Below, piece after piece: positions 36,508-48,701 of a stretch of 64,000 bases of DNA. Source of the stretch: Octopus sinensis (Eukaryota); NCBI RefSeq assembly GCF_006345805.1, contig NC_043006.1:72602001-72666000 (forward strand). The letters are read 5' to 3'. The notes beneath the pieces are model-generated. The model was not told the origin of the DNA. It was given only the letters and a program-made list of their open reading frames with translations, and searched no databases. Each line of letters starts with the position of its first letter. Position 1 is the first letter of the stretch. A program made the translations under genes and the position numbers.

Positions 36508-36735
36508 TTAACCCTTCAGCATTCATATTACTCTGTCAAATATAATGCTTATTTATCCACATTCTTTTCAATAAATCATGTATTATCTCGTAGCTTCAAG
36601 ATTTCAAAGATATGACTGTTTATTTTTAAAATGACATTGTAGGGTAGGTGTGAGAAGTTGGATCTAGCCAGTTACAAAGTAAAACAAATAGAATATTTGG
36701 GCTGGATATAGCCACTTTAAATGCTAAAGGATTAA
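36508..36735. mobile_element. piggyBac-type MITE, second family
   Basis: TTAA|CCCTTCAGCATT ... AATGCTAAAGGA|TTAA. Confidence 0.7.
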
Positions 36736-36978
36736 GGCTTTGCTGATGTCCAGAGCAAACTCTGGTGAATCTGGTTCCACAGAAATTATGCTAGCAGTTA
36801 CTGGGGAAAGGAACAAAATAATCATCTTTTACTGTTTATAGTTTATTTGTTTCAGTCATTAGACTGTGGCTATGCTCTTAGAGCACTGCCTTGAAGAAAT
36901 TCAGTTGAATGAATCAACCCCTGTACATTTTTTAAAGCCTGGTACTTATTCTATACACACAAAGACACAACACATAGC

Positions 36979-37011
<33 letters not shown>

Positions 37012-37013
37012 AT

Positions 37014-37581
37014 TTCATCGGGGAATTACCTCCCTTTGCAGGTTAAAGGACACCATGACGGTGTCGGGCCTTTCTGGTGACGTCGATGTTTGCCTGGGGC
37101 TAAATGCAACAGTAACACCCCCACCACCCTGCCCTGTCCCTAGCCATATTCAGATGGCTTTAGTCCCTTATGTTATCGAGCAGTTACTGTCTATATCTCT
37201 TTTAGAGAATTATTATTGCTTTCGAACAGATTTTCGAAATCAGCAAATGTATTTTGCTTGAAAATCTATATATGAATATCCTGCAGAGTGAGGATTCGTC
37301 GAGGAAGCGGAAGCCTACCACACGCCGACGATAGGCAATACACCTTGAAACCATGGTCCGTGTGTGGTTTCCGCTTCATCGGGGAATTACCTCCCTTTGC
37401 AGGTTAAAGGACACCGTGACGGTGTCGGGCCTTTCTGGTGACGTCGATGTTCGCCTGGGGCTAAATGCAACAGTAACACCCCCACCACCCTGCCCTGTCC
37501 CTAGCCATATTCAGATGGCTTTAGTCCCTTATGTTATCGAGCAGTTACTGTCTATATCTCTTTTAGAGAATTATTATTGCT
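37014..37581 (+). mobile_element. Retrozyme-like element: 1.57 copies of a 361-bp structured unit carrying one hammerhead motif
   Basis: 37014-37220 and 37375-37581 are 207-bp direct repeats with two CpG-type mismatches. The element is CpG-rich, flanked by (TA)/(TG) microsatellite, and has the HHR in the unique part. Confidence 0.8.
37304..37377 (+). ncRNA. Minimal type I hammerhead-ribozyme-like motif (variant core)
   Basis: Outer helix GAAGCGGAAGCC/GGTTTCCGCTTC, internal loop, stem I CACACG/CGTGTG, core CCGACGA, stem II AGG-CAATACA-CCT, then GAAA-CCATGG-TC (palindromic stem III) with predicted cleavage after GTC at 37358. Confidence 0.75.
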
Positions 37582-38312
37582 ATATATATGTAACTAGCTT
37601 AAAAGCCATCTGATAGGGCAGCTTTTAAGCTAGATCCTGTGGAGGGCTCTTCATTGGGCTTTGGGCCAAACAATGACGCTTCATGCATTGTGTACATATC
37701 AAATTTTATTAAACTTGACCAATATTTTTCAAACAATGAACAATTTTCATCAAAACAATGATATAATTTTTCGACTTGGAACTTATTGCAAAGCTGCATA
37801 ATAAACAACACTTTTTGTCTTCCAATTCAGAGGGTCAGTACAATTTTTTTTCTTTCTAACCTCTTTATTCCTCTCTCTTTCTTTCTGTTGATTGTTTCCA
37901 ACCATCACCAGTACCACCACCATTGCCACCACAACTGCCATACACACACCATTCAGACTTCTGACACCAACACCATCAGTACCTTTGACTTCACCACTTT
38001 CTCCACTAGCACCATCACTACTGTCTTTCACATTGCTTACTATCACCATGGTCCCTGACTGCTTAGTTACCACCACCACCACCACCACCACCATCATTAC
38101 TGTCACTTCTGCCTCTATCATAACTAAAGCTCATACTATTACTATCATTCAATTAGCATCACAACTATCAACCTACTACCATCTCCATGCCTACTATTAC
38201 TCTCACCCCAACATGAGCAATAGTAGGAGTGTCAATGAATATCGAGAGAGGGAGGGTCAAAATGTGACACACTGACACACAGCAATTGGTTTTCACATTT
38301 ATTATATTAGAT

Positions 38313-38350
<38 letters not shown>

Positions 38351-38450
38351 TGTATATTTGGATATTTTTTTATTGTTTATTTTTATATATTAAGTAATAT
38401 ATGCATCATATTTGGTATATTAATATTATTTTTATTAATATTTTAAAGTT

Positions 38451-38599
38451 AATTATAACCTCTGACGAGGCCTATGGTTCTTTTAACATATAAGTATTAT
38501 ATTTTTTAAATGCCTACAACCATAGTATGTTGACTTCTATAGGCAATGAAAAGTAGATTCACTTTTGACCATAGGCTGAAACAGTTGTAAGAAGTAATT
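38451..38599 (+). ncRNA. Type I hammerhead-ribozyme-like motif with intact core and long stem II (PLE-type)
   Basis: CTGACGA (38462-38468), 10-bp stem II GGCCTATGGT/ACCATAGGCT with an inner TGCCTA/TAGGCA helix, GAAA-CAGTTG-TA, GTA triplet ending at 38589, and stem I CT/AG plus AATTA/TAATT. Confidence 0.7.
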
Positions 38600-38764
38600 T
38601 TAGGACTTCATTAATTTATAATATGACTTTTAAAATCTGTATTTGTATTATTACATTATCTATTGATTTAGCCTGGAGTGCTGGTGTTTGTCCTTTCCCT
38701 ACCCACTGTCTTTGGCACTTGATATTTTAATAGAGAACCTATTTCTTGTCATTATTTGGCCCCC

Positions 38765-39270
38765 AAAAGGTTCATTTGTGAGACATGACTGCAAAGAAGA
38801 GCATAGATTCCTCTCTGCATGTGATTAGACTCTGAAAGTTTGTGAGCAACCCATCGACTCAATTTGCTGACTTTTCCGATGCACACAAGTGTCAGTGAAT
38901 GGTTGAATGACCAAATCCAAGCTTCTCTGCTAGTTCCTCAACAGTTACGATAGAATTTTGTTCCACTAGGGTTTGCAGAATGTCCTCATCGAGCTCTACT
39001 GATCTTCCAGGACAAGGCTCATCTTCTAGGCTGTAGTTTCCAGCTTGGAATTTCTGGAACCACCGTTGACACTGGCTTCCATTTATTGTCTGATCCCCAT
39101 ATATTGCATTAATATTCCTCGCACTTTCTGTTGTGTTGTGGCCTTTATTGAATTCATAAAGCAAAATATGCTGAATATGCTCTTTTGTCACTTCCATTAT
39201 AGCTTTGAAAAAATAATTGAACTGTGCTCTTCAAAAATTACACTAAGAATAAGCACAATGTAAAATTTCT
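38765..39270 (-). mobile_element. Mariner transposase 5' fragment (HTH domains to the WVPH-like motif)
   Basis: MEVTKEHIQHILLYEFNKG...RWFQKF.AGNYSLEDEP..GRS...TVEELAEKLG...STI, then after a frameshift IGKVSKLSRWVAHKLSE. Catalytic domain absent. Confidence 0.9.
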
Positions 39271-39884
39271 ACCTATTTTTAAGGCAAGCTGATGCAGGTA
39301 GCTTATCCCATCCCCCTCTGACTTTTAGTTCGTGCAATTGAAAAACCGCCTTATCTATGGGACGACCCAATATATGGAATCTGAAAGAAGCTTCTTTCAG
39401 ATTCCATCTATCACAAGGCTTTGGTTGGTCCGTGGCTATAGTAGAAGACACTTGCCCAAGGTACCATGCAGTGGGACTGAGCCTGGAACCATGTAGTTTG
39501 GAAGCAAACTTCTTTATTTCATTACATTTGCCATAAAGGTATAATACAGATGAAACTTTGCGAGCTGGACACAGATACAACGATGATGATGGAATGGAAA
39601 AAGAGCAAACTTCTTACTGCACAGCCACACCAGCTCCTATACATTAGACTGTTAGAGTTTGAAACATAACTTTTGAGATATAATCTAGGATTACAGACTG
39701 GTTGCTGGTAGGGTCAGGAAATTTGTTAGTATTGAGATGGAAAACATTGTTGGTTGGCTTCCATATGCAAGGTTGAATGTCCTTAGAGAGGGAAGGATAG
39801 AGGAGTTTGATGTGAATAATTGTTAACACTTAAACATACAAAGTATAATGGCAAGAATACTGCCTGAAACTGTAGTAGTACTTG

Positions 39885-40490
39885 ATTTCAAATATTACTT
39901 CGAGCAAACATTTATCAGAACATTATCCGACTGAACTGAGTGAATATAATATGATTAATATTTTTAATTACAACTTCTTCGTTGTTGAAAGCCACCTTCA
40001 TGCATATAAAAGACAATCTGTATTTTGTTCCTTGTTATCTGAAATGACGTTCAAAACTCTGTAGCTGAAAATTTCTGTAAAAGTATCTTTGTGGCAACTG
40101 TACAAGCTAGCTACTTGGCATCTGACAAAAACCTCTTCACAACTGGCAAACAGTGTCTCATTTAGATAATGCAACATAAAAAGAAATGCTAATGATATGT
40201 AGAAGCTGACAAAAATTTGAATAGATTTTGAACAACGTCAAAGAAAAGAGCATTGCTTCTTGAAAACATTCATCAGAATATTTGAATAAAGGAAAAAGCA
40301 TTGATACAAGACAAGAAAAAAAGGATGAAAAAAGAAAATGTATTGCTTCTTAGAAACAGTCATTAGAACATTTGAATAAAGAAAACAACATAGTTATAGA
40401 AAAAAGCATTGCTTCTAGAAAACATTTATCAGAATATTTTCCAACCAAACTGAGTGAATGTAGAGAACATAAGGTGCATTCTACCAACTG
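39885..40490 (+). pseudogene. Decayed coding-like segment with a repeated (S/C)IASRKHLSE(Y/H) motif
   Basis: Four motif copies: ITSSKHLSEHYPTELSE, SIAS*KHSSEYLNK, CIAS*KQSLEHLNK and SIASRKHLSEYFPTKLSEC. The stops fall at the R position. Confidence 0.4.
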
Positions 40491-40829
40491 ATTCATATCT
40501 TTAATCTGTGATTGCAGGCCATTGTCATTCATGTTGCTTGCATTGTTATTACTTTGGATAGCATAAATTATATTAAATATGCATCAAGATGAATTATCTT
40601 GCTTTGTTTTCTCTAATGTTATTTACATACTTGAATAATATATTAAAAGGAAATTGATTTTTCATACAGAAAGCACAGTTGAGTGATTAACATGTTCAAT
40701 ACCCAGTCATATGAGTCTTGGTTTAGTACACCTGTATAGCACCTTGGGCAAGTGTCTTCTGTAACCCTGGGCCAACCAAGGTCTTGATAGATGTCCTTAG
40801 AATACAAAGGCCATTGTACCTTTATGTAT

Positions 40830-40902
40830 GTGTGTATATATATATATCTATATCTATCTATCTATCTAGCTAGCTATATATATATATATATATTATATAT
40901 AT

Positions 40903-40990
<88 letters not shown>

Positions 40991-41108
40991 CAGATAGATA
41001 GACAGATAGATAGATAGATAGCTAGATAGATAGATTGATAGATATGTATGTGATTGTCTGTGTATTTATACATATATATACATACATACATACATACATA
41101 TATATATA

Positions 41109-41166
<58 letters not shown>
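40830..41166. repeat. Compound (TA)n/(GATA)n/(CATA)n microsatellite
   Basis: Directly visible. Confidence 0.95.
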
Positions 41167-41171
<5 letters not shown>

Positions 41172-41895
41172 GTACTGTCATTACTGTCCTGTTGTTACCA
41201 TTTTTTACCCCTCAGCGAAAAGATCTCAGAATTTTAATTGATTTGCTTTTCGCAGGAAGGAAAGTTTTCTTGTCGAAGATACGTCTCGCTTTTATCCTTC
41301 GAAACGTAGAGTAGATGAAACCTTTAGTGACTGAAGAAGGGGTTTGTTCTTTGTGTTAATTGTCCTGTACTCTATTTTTTTACTATTTTTTGGCTGTTTT
41401 TAAAAAAATGTCCAGTTCCTTTGGTTTGTGTCTATGTTTTCGTTTCTCATTGTGTTCGACGTCCTTTTGGTGTCCTGTACTCATATATGCATGTATATGT
41501 ACATGTAGAGGTAGGTACGTACATATATGTTTATATATATGCATATGTTTTATTTTATTTATTAATATATATATATATATATAAAGTCTATTTGCCAACA
41601 TAAAGTGGCATAGGACTATGTTACTACTATTTAACCCCAGGAAAACATCTTTTCCAGCTGGTTATCGACATATGATCTGTGTCTAAGATACTGTGAGTAA
41701 GGGAGCTTACTACTCCTTTCTAGCCACATGGTACCAGTAGACCAATGGTTTCTGGGTAACTTCCCATCTTTGGTACTGGAGAACCACTGACTAGAGATAG
41801 CAGCTACTCAATCTTATTCACAATATATAACTTTTTAGTGACATACAGTCGCTGATCATGCAAGGAGAAAAACAACTGGATGACTATTTGGATTT

Positions 41896-42002
41896 AATAC
41901 TGCATTAAAAAACTATGATTATTCTATCAAAATATTGCATTAAAAAAACTATGATTATTTTATCAAAATATTGCATTAAAAAAATTATGATTATTCTATC
42001 AA
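41896..42002. repeat. ~36-bp minisatellite, 3 copies
   Basis: aata(c/t)tgcattaaaaaa(c/t)tatgattatt(c/t)tatcaa x3. Confidence 0.9.
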
Positions 42003-44420
42003 ACTAACAATGATGCTTACAAACTAGATATTACAAAGTATATTCTACTTTTGAGTTGGTCAGATATGTCTTGATATACCGTTATGATATTAAGGCTGTG
42101 TGCAGCTGTCCCATAATAAAACCAGCTTCGAACATTGTATGGTTAACATATATTTTTACAGAAGTATATCACAAAATTTGCACAATTTCAAAGTTGCTTG
42201 CTGGTAGTGTACTGTGGTGTGCTAGAAGCAAATGTAGTTTATACTCACATTAATAACATTAATAATAATATGAAGCACAAAAGATATGCTTCATATGAGA
42301 GGTGGGAGAAAATACTCTGTTCTTCATAGTTAGCGATTCCTTTAACCAAGGACCAAATAGAAACCTAGAAACTTGTCTCTTATAAACTTGTTGTCTATAC
42401 AACCTATGTGTGCCTCTTGTTTATTTGGGACTAAGAATTGGCTACCTACTTATTTGTGTGGTGAGAGATGAGGATATTGTGTTCCTGGTACATGCTCAGA
42501 GAAGTGCATTAAAAATGAAGCAAATCTTTTAAACACAGGTCGACCAAGGGCCAAGAATCTTGTGTTTGTCTATCTCCTTTAAGACTTTCTCTTAACCTCT
42601 GCACTGATTATGGTGCACTTTTACTTTAATAACCCCTATGCATGCTGGAACAATTGGAACATTCAATAATTTGGGGTAAAGTGATTGGTTGACATCCAAA
42701 GTATGTCACCTGATCTAAGTGGGTCTGATTCAAGTCAAAAAAACTATTATGTTTTGATTCTTGGCCTCACTACAGTACAAACCATTAATATCAGTGCTAT
42801 GTCTATTTCTATGATTATTTCATCATAATCATCATCCTAGTTTAATAGTTATTTTGCCATTGTTTGAATGATTCTACATTTCAGCATCTCTCTCTATATA
42901 TCCTTTTTGTGTTATTTCATTCGTGAACCCACACGATCCCAGTTTGCAGTTGTCTTACAGCCCTAATTAGACCTGATAACAAGAAAATCTATAACCAAAG
43001 CCATAGTATATCTTCAGCCACAGTATATCTAGGACTACATTATTCAAATGTATTCTCTTTTTATCAGATGACCATGTCTGATCTGAGAAAGATTTTATAC
43101 ACAGGCTCACTCATTAGCTAGTGTTCTCAGGTTGTTGCTGTTATTGTTATTCTTAACATTACATCTATACTATTAAAAAAAAAAGAGAAAATGTTAAAGT
43201 GCTGGTTTACTATGTCAAAGCTTCAAAGTAACTCAGTAAAATCAATGATTTTCTCTCATCAAACATACTGGAAAATTGATAGCAGTTAATTGCTTTCAAT
43301 GTTCAGCATTTAAATTAGTTTTAAAACGAAAACAATTTTAAAATATCTATTTCAAACTGTAAACACTAAAAAGTTTTCAGAGCCATTTAATTCATGCTGT
43401 CATTGAAAAACATACATCAAACTAAATTTTATATTCATATATTGTTTGGAAAATAATTTACTGAGTGTGGCTGAGTAGTTAAGCAGTTTATTTCCCAACC
43501 ACATAATTTTGGGTTCAGTCCTACTGTGTGGCACCTTGGACAAGTGTTTTCTACAATAACCCCAAGCTAACCAAAGCATTGTGAATGTATTTAGTAGACA
43601 AAAACTTCAAGGAAATCATTGAATGCACGCACGCACACACACACACATATATACAGAGAGAGAGTGAGAGAGAGATTTATGTTTATATATATATATTTAT
43701 GTATCTATGTATGTATTATGTATATGTGTATATGTAAGTATGTATGTGTATATGTGCATGTATGTGTGAGTGTTTGAGTCTCCTTGTGTTGACATTACTT
43801 GATAGTTGTGAGCAACACCCATCAACCAAACAATGTGACTCATTTCCAATCTTCTGTGCAAACATGTTCAGCCCAAGCAAAAATATTGCCTTACTTGGAA
43901 AAAAGTTTAGGGTTGAGCACAGGAAGGGCATCCATCCTTAGAAAATCTATCTCAATGAATTCTCTCTGACCTATGCAAGCTCAGAAAAGGGGTCATTAAA
44001 GTGATGATTATGGTGATGATGATGATGATGACAACGATTTTATGGACGATGATGATGATGACAACAATGATGATGACACCATAAATTACATGATAATAAA
44101 TTTAAACAAAATCTAAACAAGAAAATTTTTCTAGGCAAATACTGTAATTTTTATAAGAAAAACAGAAACATAAAAATTTACTGTATTCATGTTAAATATT
44201 CAAGCTGTGCTCATTCTACCACACAAGCTTGCTATCTTTTGGCTACTGAATGCTTATCTTTCACTTATAAATCAAGTGTTAAGTGCTTTAAAAATTATGA
44301 CAGTCACAGCTGGAATGTCTTTGGTATGTCTATGGTGTCATCAATACTTACACTGCAGTTCATTGCACACTTGACCTTAAGATGAAGAACACATAGGATT
44401 ATGTAATTCTAGATACACTA

Positions 44421-44465
<45 letters not shown>

Positions 44466-44549
44466 TCGTCGAAAGCGGACGTTAAACGACGATGAACAAC
44501 AACAATAACAACAACAACAACAACAACAATAATGATAATAATAATAATA

Positions 44550-44794
44550 ATAATAATCCTTTCTACTATAGGCACAAGGCCTGAAATTTGGGTAAGGGGG
44601 ATAGTCGATTACATTGAATTAGTGTTTCACCGGTACTTAATTTATTGGTCCCGCAAAGGATGAAAGGCAAAGTCAACCTCAGCAGAATTTGAACTCAGAA
44701 CATTGTGGCAGACAAAATACCACTAAGCTTTTCACCTGGCATGCTAAGGATTCAGCAATCTTGCTTTCTTTAATAATAATAATAATGATGATGA

Positions 44795-44828
<34 letters not shown>

Positions 44829-45726
44829 GGTGGTGGTGTGGTGGTGGTGGTGGTGGTGGTGATGATTTCATTTATTTGCCTCAAGGGTGAAGGGTGAGGG
44901 GTACAATACAAAGACAGACATAAAGTGTTGGGGTTTACATATAATAAAAGGATGAAAAAAAAGGGAAAGAAAGAAATTAAGTATACACGGTATACACGGA
45001 AAAAAGGGTCATATGTATAGCATACAAAGGTTTGAAAATAAAAAAAGGGGTGGGGAGGATGATAGAGGTGTGGCTCTCATGATGATAAGGGTTTCAAATT
45101 TTGGTATGAGGCCAGCAACTCTTGGGGTAAGTCAATTACATCGACCCTAGTACTTATTTTAACTGGTACTTATTTTATTAACCCCAAGAGGATGAAAAGT
45201 AAAGTCGACCTCGGCAGAATTTGAACTCAGAACCTAAAGATGGATGAAATGCTGCTAAGCATTTTGCCCAGCATGTTAACAATTCTATCAGCTCACCAAT
45301 AATAATAATGATGATTTTAGATTTTGGCTCAAGGCCAGCAGTACCCAGGAGAGGGGGCTAGTCAATTACACTGACCGTTATGCTCAACTGGTACTTATTT
45401 TATTGATTATGAAAGGATAAAAAGGCAAAGTAGAGCTGGGTGGAATTTGAACTCAGAACATAAAAGACAGTTGAAATGTCACTAAATATTTTGTCTCGCA
45501 TGCTAACAGTTCTGCCAACTCAAACAGTACAAGGCCAGCAATTTTAGTGAGAGCAGGTTAGTCAATTATATCAATCTCAGTGCTCAACTGGTACTTATTT
45601 TATTGACCCTGCAGGGTGAAAAGCAAAGTTGGTTGTGACAGCATTTGAACTCAAAACATAAAACTGGAAGTAATGCCACCAAGCATTTTGTCTGGCAAGC
45701 TAATGATTCTGCCAGCTTATCGTTTA

Positions 45727-45788
<62 letters not shown>

Positions 45789-46871
45789 TAATAGAAATGA
45801 TGATGATGATGATTCTTCTTCTTATTAAAGGAACAAAACATGAAATTTTGTGGGAGAGGGCTAGTTGATTACATCCAGCACAGTGCTCACTGGTACTTAC
45901 TTCATTGACCACAAAAGGACGAAAGGCAAAGTCAACTAGGTGGAGTTTGAACTCAGAACATAAAGACAGACAAAATATCACTAAAAATTCTGCCAGCTTG
46001 CTACCTTAAAATAACAACAACAACAACAATGATAATAATAATAAATGCCCTGATGTAGTACCAGACAGTGGCTCTCATGGCTTCTGATCTTAACTGATTG
46101 GAAGTGTTATCATGTACAGTGTTTTGTCTTGGTATAAAAGATGGGCTACAGCAAATATTCTGCTCAATACCACAGATTTGCTTGTCAGTTGTTTGACCTT
46201 AAACAGTTGACCATGTCCTTTAGTGGCTGACAATATGTGCATCTCTGATCATGAGCAGGAGTAGTGGGGGAACATCATAGCCGTGTGTTGAAAGGAATTC
46301 TTGGAGGTTTGGATAATTCACCTTTGGAAACATGGGTGGTATGTTCAAAATCCTTAAACAATCCTTATTCAGGGACCTTTTGAGCAGGATAGGCTACTCG
46401 ACCAGAAGAAAATTCTAACTGGGCCCCACCTGCAAGGTCATGCACTGTTTATCTTGATATGAGATCACCATATCGCGCACATATGTATGTGATGCATGTG
46501 CCTAGTGTACCCTTATCAGACGGGTAGTCATGATGGGTATTCTGGGGTTTGTATATTTTACCCCAGTATCACTTTGATGGCATGAACTGCTCTCTCACTG
46601 AATAATAATAATAATAACAGTAATCCTTTCTACTATAGGTGCAAGGCCCGAAATTTTGGTGGGATGGGGCTAGTCAATTACATTGACCTCAGTGCATAAC
46701 TGGTATTTCTTTCACTGACCCTGAAAGGATGAAAGACAAAGACAGCCTCAGTGGAATTTGAACTTGGAATATAAGGATGAACGAAAAGCCGCTAAGCATT
46801 TTGCTCAGTGTGCTAACGATTCTGCCAGCTCACCACCTTAATGATGATGATGACGACGATGATGATGATGA

Positions 46872-46910
<39 letters not shown>

Positions 46911-47130
46911 TGATGAATAATGGTTTCAAATTTTGGCACCAGACCAGCTATTTCAGAGTAAGGGGGTTAGTGGATTACATCAATCCCAGAACTCAACTGA
47001 TACTAGTTTTATCAACCCCAAAAAGGATGAAAGGCAAAGTTGACCTCAGTGGAATTTAAACCCGGAATGTAAAATGCCAGAAGAAATACAGAAAAACAGT
47101 TCTTACAGTGTTCTAACAATTCTGCCACTT
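44550..47130 (-). mobile_element. Co-oriented cluster of ~7 family-D SINEs separated by (AAT)n/(GAT)n tracts
   Basis: Copies at ~44555, 45080, 45310, 45530, 45825, 46620 and 46920, all with the same polarity. Confidence 0.8.
46035..46605. mobile_element. Unclassified ~570-bp interspersed repeat inserted in an (AAT)n tract
   Basis: A higher-complexity block bounded on both sides by (AAT)n. Family not determined. Confidence 0.45.
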
Positions 47131-47769
47131 CCTGGTATAACAGTTTATTTTAAGTCATCTCACACTGTTATACTTCAAACTCTGTATTTGTCAAGTAATT
47201 AGATAACTTTCAGCTTTAAGTGCATTTTTGTATCAATAATACTATAATTATGGTTCAGGCTGGTTTTACATAGAACTAGCTCTCAGATTCTATTGTAATT
47301 TCACGCCATTTGTCAAAAATTATCATTGCCTAAGTGACTGCTAAATATCACATCTTTCTCTTTGTATCTGTAATTTTCCATCATATTCACAATTATTTGT
47401 TTAAATGTCTGAGTTGATTTGTTGTTAAATAATAACATGGTAATTTTCTGGATTGTTATTTTTCATCAGAAATGTGTTTAAAAAACATGGTAGCTGAAAT
47501 TTTCCTTTTTCTTTTTTTTTTTATTTATTTACCACATGCAAAGTCAAAACGACCATATGTAATTTTCTCATGATAAAGACGTATATTCAAATAAGAGTAA
47601 ATAATGATTAAACTGATATCTAAGCAATATTTTCCAGAATCAAATCAATAATTTGTAGTTTTCTTTTTCCTTACAAACTCTACAACATACATAAGCAATA
47701 CAAAATACAGATCAACTGCTACTTTCATAAATTGCTTGCTCTCTCTCTCTCTCTCTCTCTCCATATATA

Positions 47770-48005
47770 TATACTCTTTTACTCTTTACTCTTTTACTTG
47801 TTTCAGTCATTTGACTGCGGCCATGCTGGAGCACCGCCTTTAGTCGAGCAAATCGACCCCGGGACTTATTCTTTGTAAGCCCAGTACTTATTCTATCGGT
47901 CTCTTATGTCGAACCGCTAAGTGACGGGGACGTAAACACACCAGCATCGGTTGTCAAGCGATGTTGGAGGGACAAACACAGACACACAAACGTATACACA
48001 CACAC

Positions 48006-48068
<63 letters not shown>

Positions 48069-48217
48069 CATACATATATACGATGGGCTTCTTTCAGTTT
48101 CCGTCTACCAAATCCACTCACAAGGCTTTGGTCGGCCTGAGGCTATAATAGAAGACACTTGCCCAAGGTGCCACGCACTGGGACTGAACCCGGAACCATG
48201 TGGTTTGTAAGCAAGCT
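47770..48217 (-). mobile_element. Young SINE family A copy
   Basis: CpG-rich, central (CA)/(TA) tract, and a tandem AAAGAGT tail (plus strand actcttttactctttactcttttac). Confidence 0.85.
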
Positions 48218-48701
48218 ATTATCAGGCATAGCCTTGAGGTAAGAATTTTGCTTTCTAACTGCATGGTTCTAGGATCAGTCCCAATAGTATGAGTTGAGTT
48301 CTGGGGTTGATGTAATCCACTGACCCCCTTACTCTGAAATTGCTGGTCCGGTGCCATAATTTGAAACCATTATTCATCATCTCACTGTGTAGCAACTTGA
48401 ACAGGTGTTTTCCATAATATCTCTGGGCTGACCAAAGCCTTATGTGTGGATTTGGTCAGCAGAAACTTAAAAAAGGCCTGTCATACATACATACATACAT
48501 GTATGTATGTATGTATGTATGTATGTATGCATGTATGCCTGTATGCATGCATGTATGTGTGTGGGTGTCTGTGTAATTATGTTTCTGTCTTATTTGAAAT
48601 TGTGTAATAGTTGTAAATGAGTGTGTATATATGTGAGTGTATATATATATATATATATATGTACACACACACACACACACACACACATTCACACACACAT
48701 A

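Noticed and set aside
41270-41345. TCGAAGA...CGAAACGTA and CTGAAGAAGGGG motifs resembling hammerhead parts
   Set aside because: Stems I and II cannot be formed. This is probably a PLE-related repeat, but there is no supportable ribozyme fold.
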